A stretch of DNA of 63,073 nt from Anaerolineales bacterium. GTDB taxonomy: Bacteria; Chloroflexota; Anaerolineae; Anaerolineales; E44-bin32. The notes below the pieces were generated by a model that was not told the origin of the DNA, made no database searches, and saw only the letters and a list, made by a program, of their open reading frames with translations. The stretch is from positions 1 through 63,073 of the forward strand of contig JAUWFP010000001.1 of the NCBI GenBank assembly GCA_030606845.1, read 5' to 3'. A program made the translations under genes and the position numbers. Within the stretch, counting starts at the first letter, position 1. The number at the start of each line of letters is the position of its first letter. Below are positions 57,018-63,073 of the stretch, piece after piece.

Positions 57018-58309
57018 CTGAAACTAGGTCGACTTACGAGGACGCAGAATCCCTGCGAAAAGCGAAGAAGTATAGCGAAGCCGCAGCCATCTTTAGTGCA
57101 CTCTGGAAAGATGAGCCATCCCCGATGGTTGGATGGCGCTATGCATATTCCTTGCGTAAACAGAGGGAATTTGAAGCAGCAGAAGAAATCATCCTTTCAG
57201 CTCTAGAGCTTTATCCCGAAGACAAATGGACGGTTAGTGAGTATGTGTGGATCCTGAATGACAAAGAGATCAAGCCTGCGATTGATCAGAAAGACTTAGG
57301 CCGAGTATTAAACGCAGCCAATGCTCTTGTGGCCTACAATCCACAGGAAATGGCCTTGCATCGCCTTTGTTTTCAGGTCATGAAGGCGGCAAAAACCCGA
57401 AATCGATGGGATGTGGTGTTGGAATGGGTGGGGAAATTGCGGCCAAGCCAGCTCAGTATCGAGCCCCCTCAATTCTCGGGCAAGCGCGGGATGTCAGATC
57501 GTGAGCAGTGGTACGTAGCTTGTTCGCGTGCCTATCTCGAATTGGATCAATTCAAGGAGGCTCGAGCTGCAGCTGAAGAAGGGTTGCGGGAATTTCCGAA
57601 TGAAGTCTTTCTGAAGCGAACTGCATCACTTGCTCTGGCTAGGATGGGATCGCAGCAGGAAGCTGCAGATGAATTGCGTGCTTTGTTATCACATCCAAGA
57701 GCGGATTGGTATTTTAAAGCGGATTTAGCTGGGATTGAATACCAAATCGGCAACTTGGACGAGGCTTACCTGCTTTTATGTGACGCAGTTTCGAATTCTC
57801 AAGACCCCCAATTTAAATTGAGATATTTCACAACGCTTGTCGAAATCTCTTTGCAGCTCGGCGAGCTAGATACGGCTTCAGAGCACATAGCGCTCATTCG
57901 AGCGATCCGTGAAGCCGAGGGTTGGTTGATCCCTGAGGAGATAGTATTCCTTGAGCAGAAGCTGGAAAAAGACTATCAAGAAACGGGTGAGCAGCGTCCC
58001 GAGTTGCCTAGTGGGGTTCGCGAACTTGAGAGATTGTGCGCTAGGAGATGGTCTATAGGAAAAACGAAAGGGTTGGAGAGAGGTACCGGAACGATTAAAT
58101 TCATTGTGGATGAGAAGTCATTTACGTTCATTTCCCGTGACGATGGCGGTGAGGATATTTTTGCATTGGTTAAGGACATCCCACCAAAACTGAAACATGA
58201 AGGCGCAAGGGTGGATTTTGCGATTACGGAGAGCTTTGATAGGAAGAAAGGCAAGAAGTCTGTCCGGGCTATTGATATCCGATCATTAGGAGTTCAGCAA
58301 AGACCTTGA
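57014..58309 (+). CDS. TPR-repeat protein with a C-terminal cold-shock/S1-like OB domain (431 aa)
   Basis: Helical repeat N-terminus. The C-terminal GTGTIKFIVDEKSFTFISRDDGGEDIFALV...GARVDFAI resembles the CspA pattern GTVKWFNxxKGFGFIxxDDGxDVFVH. It shares an ATGA overlap with the upstream gene. Confidence 0.8.
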   Translation: MTETRSTYEDAESLRKAKKYSEAAAIFSALWKDEPSPMVGWRYAYSLRKQREFEAAEEIILSALELYPEDKWTVSEYVWILNDKEIKPAIDQKDLGRVLNAANALVAYNPQEMALHRLCFQVMKAAKTRNRWDVVLEWVGKLRPSQLSIEPPQFSGKRGMSDREQWYVACSRAYLELDQFKEARAAAEEGLREFPNEVFLKRTASLALARMGSQQEAADELRALLSHPRADWYFKADLAGIEYQIGNLDEAYLLLCDAVSNSQDPQFKLRYFTTLVEISLQLGELDTASEHIALIRAIREAEGWLIPEEIVFLEQKLEKDYQETGEQRPELPSGVRELERLCARRWSIGKTKGLERGTGTIKFIVDEKSFTFISRDDGGEDIFALVKDIPPKLKHEGARVDFAITESFDRKKGKKSVRAIDIRSLGVQQRP

Positions 58310-58364
58310 ATAATTCGCACAGTTTTGTGGACTATAGATCTATATGCATAGAGAGGAAAGCCCC

Positions 58365-61223
58365 ATGAATATTATTCCTATTAGGCAAGCTATTCGACAA
58401 TTCGTCGAGAACTTTGAGTCGGATCAAGAGATTACGAGTCATGACTTGGAACACCAACAGCGAATCGCAAATGCGCAACGGATATTCCATCAAAATTACT
58501 TGGAGAATGTGTCGCGCGAAGATCTTGAAGAATTCCTAAAAGATACAGACGCATTTTTTGGTGTGCGCGGGAAGGTCCGGCTCTTTCGTGAGCTCTTCGG
58601 AGAAGAAGGAGAGCGTTTACCCGGGGTCAGAGCACTTTTTTCGGATCTCATCCAGCGTGCAGAAGTCGGACTTACCCCACAGGATCTAAACGAGATTCGC
58701 CCACAGCTGCGCTATATTGGCGATGCGTTTCTCTCTGAAATCTTATCTTTACGGTTCCCAGTGAAGTACTGGATCTGGAATGGTCAGGTCCGACGTTTCC
58801 TGGAGGGTCTTGGTGTTGATATCAAGGAGGATCTACCTTACGGCAAGAAAGGTGATCGCGGCGAGCAATATTTTGCGGCAGGGAAGCACATCGTTGAGCT
58901 TCGAAGGGCTCTGAGTGAAGTCATCGGCAAGCCTGTCGATTACATGAAAACAGACTTATTTATCTTCTGGTATAACCAGCGAACAGAGCCCGACCCATTG
59001 GTAGAGCGGGTCGCTGCGTGGCTTAAAGAAAGTTTCCCTGAAGATCGGTTGAAGATTCGGCTAAAGGGGGAGGAAAAAGCACGGGAGTTACTCAAGAAGA
59101 AAGCCGGCAAATTCACCGAGGAAGACCTGCGAGATTTTGCCATTCTCATCAATCGGGACTTGGTCAAGGGGAAAGAACGCAAAGATCGATTCATGCCGGG
59201 GCTCTACGGTCATCAAATCAACCAGATGGCAAGTGATTTGGGCTCATTTAATCGATGGGTCAAACGCATATGGGAGTCTGGTGAGGATGACCTCGATTCA
59301 ACACTTGATGCGTTCTGGGAGGCTGGGGAGGTCTCTGGCGCTGGGACATCGCTACCTACTGCGCTTCTCTATCTGCGTGATCCAAAGAAATTCAACGTCT
59401 GGCTCCCCATCATGGAAGGCGGCTTGAGTGTTGCAGCTGGCTTTGACCCGGGACGGAAAAGACGCGCGCGCGCGTATCGTCTTTATAACGAGAATCTCAT
59501 CCAATTTCGCGACAAGTATGGACTGCCGCCACAAAGTTTAGATGTGATCCTGTGGTATTTCGCCAAATTGGATCAGACGGATGGCGTTGATTTTGATTTT
59601 GCGGGTTTTACGGAGGAGACCTTCCAATTCTTGAAGGAATTGGAAAAGAATAACTCCAAAGAATGGATGAACAAGGATGACGGTGCAAACAAGCGTAGGT
59701 ATCAAGAACATCTGAGAGAACCATTGCGCCAGCTCTTTCAGGCGGTGGCCCCAAAGATCCAATCCCTGGATCCGAGTTTGGAAACCGAAGCGAAATCCGG
59801 GAAGGTTATGGCTGGGTTCTATAAGCGATTTCCTGATGAGAAGGGTGATTACTATCCCTATCTGTGGGGGGCTTTTTACCGACGGGATCGTAAGAAGCAA
59901 ACGGACGCCCAGTTGTTTATTAATGTACATACTAATCATGTGAATATTGGACTCTCTGTTGCAGGGTCGCGAGGTTCGGATGTCCTCGCTAATTTTCAAA
60001 AAAACTTGCGCGAAGAGCCGAAGGTATTCTTGGAACTCATCAAGGATCTTCCGGATAATTTAGAGATCGTGACGGCTGAAGGTCATGGAAAACAAGAGAA
60101 GGTCATCGTCGAAATCCAGAATGAACAGGATATCGAGAAGATAGCAAATCTAGAAGTGATCGATATCCAACGGCGATATCTTGAGGAAGAGGACATTCTC
60201 TATACACCTGATCTTGCTCTAGAAGCCGAGGAGATCTTCGTTGCGCTTCACCCACTTTTCCGCTTTATAACGATCGAAGATACAAAGCAACTCATTGACT
60301 TGATTGACGAAGATGACCTGATTATCGATGAAGTTCCGCAGGGTGAGCTTTACACTGTTGATGCCTTTGCTCAAGACACCTTCCTTGATGATTCCGTCAT
60401 AAAGCAGCTCGAGTTCCTCCTCCGAGATAAAAGACAACTTATCTTCTTCGGACCACCAGGTACTGGTAAAACGTGGATCGCCAAGAAATTTGCCAAGTAT
60501 TGGGTAGATTCAGCCCCAGAGTTAGGTGGAGAAGTCCGCACGATTCAGTTCCACCCCTCTTATGCCTATGAAGAGTTCATGGAGGGTATTCGTCCTGAGA
60601 GTGTCGAGATAGCAGATGGCCGACATGAAATTGCCTATCCCGTTCGCGCCGGCGTATTCCGTGAGTTTTGCGATAAAGCACGAGCTCAACCGCAACGGCG
60701 GTTTATGCTGATCGTCGATGAGATCAATCGCGGCGAATTGCCGAGGATCTTCGGCGAGTTGATGTACCTACTTGAATACCGCCAGGAAGTCATTGCCTTG
60801 CCTTACTCAAAGCAGTCCTTCTCGATCCCCCAAAATGTGTTCATTCTGGGAACGATGAACACAGCCGATCGCTCGATCGCGCTTGTCGATCATGCATTGC
60901 GTCGTCGTTTTCACTTCTTCAAGTTAGTGCCTAGTCCAGAGATTTTGCGGAGTTATCTTGAGGCCACAAACCAGTTGGAGATGATCTGGGCGGCCGATCT
61001 CTTGGATGAGGTCAATCGCCAACTTGAATCAGACGGGATCGAGTGGCATCTCCACGTTGGTCATAGTCATTTTATGCGACCGGCGCTGGATGAAACTCAA
61101 GTTCGCATGACCTGGCGTCATAGCATCATGCCGACGCTTGAGGAGTACTTCTACAGGCAGCCGGAGCGTCTTGGAGCCTACCAAATCGACAGCTTATTAG
61201 AAGCCTTGGGTGTGATTGCATGA
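58365..61223 (+). CDS. mcrB: McrB-family AAA+ GTPase with a roughly 640-aa N-terminal extension that includes a DUF2461-like region (952 aa)
   Basis: FFGPPGTGKTW, LIVDEINRGELPRIFGELMYLLEYR and GTMNTADRSIALVDHALRRRFHF (AAA_5/McrB). The central FQFLKELEKNNSKEWMNKDD...YYPYLWGAFYR resembles TIGR02453/DUF2461. Confidence 0.85.
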   Translation: MNIIPIRQAIRQFVENFESDQEITSHDLEHQQRIANAQRIFHQNYLENVSREDLEEFLKDTDAFFGVRGKVRLFRELFGEEGERLPGVRALFSDLIQRAEVGLTPQDLNEIRPQLRYIGDAFLSEILSLRFPVKYWIWNGQVRRFLEGLGVDIKEDLPYGKKGDRGEQYFAAGKHIVELRRALSEVIGKPVDYMKTDLFIFWYNQRTEPDPLVERVAAWLKESFPEDRLKIRLKGEEKARELLKKKAGKFTEEDLRDFAILINRDLVKGKERKDRFMPGLYGHQINQMASDLGSFNRWVKRIWESGEDDLDSTLDAFWEAGEVSGAGTSLPTALLYLRDPKKFNVWLPIMEGGLSVAAGFDPGRKRRARAYRLYNENLIQFRDKYGLPPQSLDVILWYFAKLDQTDGVDFDFAGFTEETFQFLKELEKNNSKEWMNKDDGANKRRYQEHLREPLRQLFQAVAPKIQSLDPSLETEAKSGKVMAGFYKRFPDEKGDYYPYLWGAFYRRDRKKQTDAQLFINVHTNHVNIGLSVAGSRGSDVLANFQKNLREEPKVFLELIKDLPDNLEIVTAEGHGKQEKVIVEIQNEQDIEKIANLEVIDIQRRYLEEEDILYTPDLALEAEEIFVALHPLFRFITIEDTKQLIDLIDEDDLIIDEVPQGELYTVDAFAQDTFLDDSVIKQLEFLLRDKRQLIFFGPPGTGKTWIAKKFAKYWVDSAPELGGEVRTIQFHPSYAYEEFMEGIRPESVEIADGRHEIAYPVRAGVFREFCDKARAQPQRRFMLIVDEINRGELPRIFGELMYLLEYRQEVIALPYSKQSFSIPQNVFILGTMNTADRSIALVDHALRRRFHFFKLVPSPEILRSYLEATNQLEMIWAADLLDEVNRQLESDGIEWHLHVGHSHFMRPALDETQVRMTWRHSIMPTLEEYFYRQPERLGAYQIDSLLEALGVIA

Positions 61224-62455
61224 GCACGGTTCTTCAATTACGCGAGCATCGGGAGGTTGAATATAGGCTCTCGCAAGAGCAAGTTGCTGTCATCCAGAAG
61301 AGCTTCAAAGATGAAGTTGTGCTCACGCCCACGCTCATTAAGGATCATTACATACTTCGAGCCGGTTCACACGTCGGGTTCCTCCAGCTGCCAGGGGGCC
61401 TAACGCTTGTCATCGAGCCAAAAATCCCGATCGACACTATTTTCTTCCTGCTCACTTTTGTGTATGACCCGACCAAAGAGATCTTCCGCCAGGAAGAACA
61501 GCGCTATACGACAATAGATGGTTTGTTTGAATATGTTGTCGAGGTCTTTACGCATCAAGTCGAGGATCTCATCGCCCGTGGCATATTAAGAAACTATCAA
61601 GTTCGGCATGATGATTTGCTGGCGATCCGGGGCAAGCTTCAAATCATGGAAACGCTCAGGCGAAGACCTGTCATTCGAGATCGCCACTGGTGTTCTTTCA
61701 GCCATTTCACCCCTGACGTTCCCGAGAATGTGATCCTGCGAGCAACCGTCCATATGTTGAAGTTCCATGCGTATCGAGCGGCCGATTTACCAAGTCGGTT
61801 GAGGCGCCTCGAACGCGCCTTAGCCGAAGTTGCCCTCGACCCTGAGCCGCTCGACTTATTCGATCTGCTCGAGTTCCATCGCCTCAATGAGCATTATCGG
61901 CCGACGCTCAGTCTAGCCTGTCTGCTCCTTGAGCACATCACCTTCACTGGGGCAGTAGGAAGACAAGCGTTTTTGTCCTTCTTAATCGATATGGATTGGC
62001 TCTTCGAAAAAGTGATTGAAGCGTTCTTGCAGCGCTGGAGTCCGATGGGCCTTCAAGCGGTGGGGCAAAGACAGTATGCGCTTGATCGAGGAGCGCATGT
62101 GAAGGTTAGGCCTGACGTGATTCTACTGCGGGGACGAAAGCCGGTTTTCGCCTTAGACGCCAAATACAAGTTGGATCCCAATAGAGCCGATATCTACCAG
62201 ATCCTTGCGTATTGCCATGCCCTCGGCATTCAAGAAGCAGCCCTGGCTTACCCGTACACCGAAAAAGTGCCCGTGGGACGACTATCCATCCGGGAACCCG
62301 GCAATGTGGGCATCCATTATGTCCCCATAGATCTCAGCGGCACACCGGAAGAGATCGAGGTCAAGGGAAAAGCGTTCGCTGAGAGGATCGGGCAGTTGAT
62401 CCACTACGCGTATAGCAGAGAAGATCAGAGTGTTACTTATGCTGTGAAGGCTTAA
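61220..62455 (+). CDS. mcrC: McrC-family restriction endonuclease subunit (411 aa)
   Basis: VRPDVILL...FALDAKYK PD-(D/E)xK motif. It shares a 4-nt overlap with mcrB. Confidence 0.85.
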   Translation: MSTVLQLREHREVEYRLSQEQVAVIQKSFKDEVVLTPTLIKDHYILRAGSHVGFLQLPGGLTLVIEPKIPIDTIFFLLTFVYDPTKEIFRQEEQRYTTIDGLFEYVVEVFTHQVEDLIARGILRNYQVRHDDLLAIRGKLQIMETLRRRPVIRDRHWCSFSHFTPDVPENVILRATVHMLKFHAYRAADLPSRLRRLERALAEVALDPEPLDLFDLLEFHRLNEHYRPTLSLACLLLEHITFTGAVGRQAFLSFLIDMDWLFEKVIEAFLQRWSPMGLQAVGQRQYALDRGAHVKVRPDVILLRGRKPVFALDAKYKLDPNRADIYQILAYCHALGIQEAALAYPYTEKVPVGRLSIREPGNVGIHYVPIDLSGTPEEIEVKGKAFAERIGQLIHYAYSREDQSVTYAVKA

Positions 62456-62490
62456 ATCCATTCGAGGTATGAAAACTTATAGGTGAAATC

Positions 62491-62931
62491 TTGGAAGGTT
62501 TATATTTTCTTGAACTCCTTCGAAAGCTTCGATCAAGCTATGAGAATCACCTGTTCGAATATTCAGACCATCAATGCAGGTGGAGCGTGGTTGTTAGGGA
62601 GCATTTTAATCGATTGGGCATTTATCATCTCTATGGTGTCTATATTGTTCGCGCTCGCAAGGATGGAGAGATTCTTTATATTGGTAAGGCAGGCACGCTT
62701 ACACAGAAGGGTGATTTCAAAGGGCAGGATCTGGTAAGGAGGTTGACAAATATTCGAGGGAAGGTACGAGCCAACATGTGGTTTTCGGATCTTTGCCGAA
62801 AATTCGGTCCCATTGAGATTGAATATTTCATCCTTTCAAAGCGAGAAGCACCTGCATTGGTTGAGGCAATGCTATTGCAGGGATATTTTAATGAATCTGG
62901 TCATTTGCCAAGAGAAAATAAATCCTTTTAA
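62491..62931 (+). CDS. GIY-YIG-like nuclease-domain protein (146 aa, TTG start)
   Basis: LYGVYIVRARKDGEILYIGKAG fits GIY-(10-11 aa)-YIG, with a later R and E (LVEAMLL). AGGTGA lies 5 nt upstream of the TTG. Confidence 0.55.
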   Translation: MEGLYFLELLRKLRSSYENHLFEYSDHQCRWSVVVREHFNRLGIYHLYGVYIVRARKDGEILYIGKAGTLTQKGDFKGQDLVRRLTNIRGKVRANMWFSDLCRKFGPIEIEYFILSKREAPALVEAMLLQGYFNESGHLPRENKSF

Positions 62932-63020
62932 CGACCAAGTATTTTATTGATCAAGAATCAATTCGACATTCTTAATAATGCTGCGAAATTGCGAGATATC
63001 TCGAAGGAGAGATGAGAGCC

Positions 63021-63073
63021 ATGAGTATTATCATTACCCGCGAAGGAAGGGATGCTCGGAAAATTGAACCTAT
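63021..63073 (+). CDS. 5' end of a further ORF (partial, runs off the right edge)
   Basis: GAAGGAGAG RBS about 10 nt upstream; translates MSIIITREGRDARKIEP... Confidence 0.3.
   Translation, partial: MSIIITREGRDARKIEP

Noticed and set aside
53946-58309. Retron interpretation of the RNase H and cold-shock-domain genes
   Set aside because: I looked for a reverse transcriptase (YxDD motif protein) and an upstream structured msr/msd-like repeat anywhere in 53-63 kb and found none.
1-63073. CRISPR arrays, tRNA/rRNA/tmRNA genes, IS elements with terminal inverted repeats
   Set aside because: I saw no regularly spaced short direct repeats other than the attC sites. I saw no tRNA-like T-arm/acceptor patterns and no transposase motifs. 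This is a visual scan only and would need tRNAscan-SE, Rfam and ISEScan to confirm.

Overview
This is a 63-kb bacterial window. The organism cannot be named from the sequence alone. By eye it falls into three compositional blocks. (1) 1-11.0 kb is a complete integron. An IntI-type tyrosine recombinase (10026-11000, +) and an attI region are followed by a leftward, minus-strand array of at least 6 gene cassettes. The cassettes are mostly AT-rich and are separated by GC-rich attC imperfect palindromes of one sequence family. Cassette cargo: a membrane-anchored alpha/beta hydrolase, a DUF4386-like protein with an MDR oxidoreductase, an ABC ATPase with a permease, two small PD-(D/E)XK-like proteins, and a two-gene cassette with a PIN-like protein. 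(2) 11.1-35.6 kb is GC-rich. A 13.4-kb minus-strand parA-parB-tad/flp pilus cluster has no secretin or prepilin peptidase in the window, and contains a 52-aa Flp pilin too short for the ORF track. It is followed by a 2.2-kb ORF-poor region and a plus-strand replication/maintenance block (UvrD-like helicase, CHC2-Toprim primase, small proteins, RadC, YhaM-like OB-HD nuclease). (3) 35.7-63 kb has lower GC and is all on the plus strand. It holds an HTH gene with an Mre11/Rad50-like pair, then a defence island. The island contains a DISARM-like set (fused DEAD helicase-DUF1998-DUF559, PD-(D/E)XK protein, SNF2 helicase, N6-adenine methyltransferase with a mosaic AT-rich core), an uncharacterised four-gene module (HEPN protein, 75-aa protein, oversized RNase HIII fusion, TPR/cold-shock-domain protein), McrBC with a long N-terminal extension, and a GIY-YIG protein. 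The four-gene HEPN/RNase HIII/TPR-CSD module is my best candidate for an undescribed system. All domain calls rest on motifs read by eye; no database search was run.
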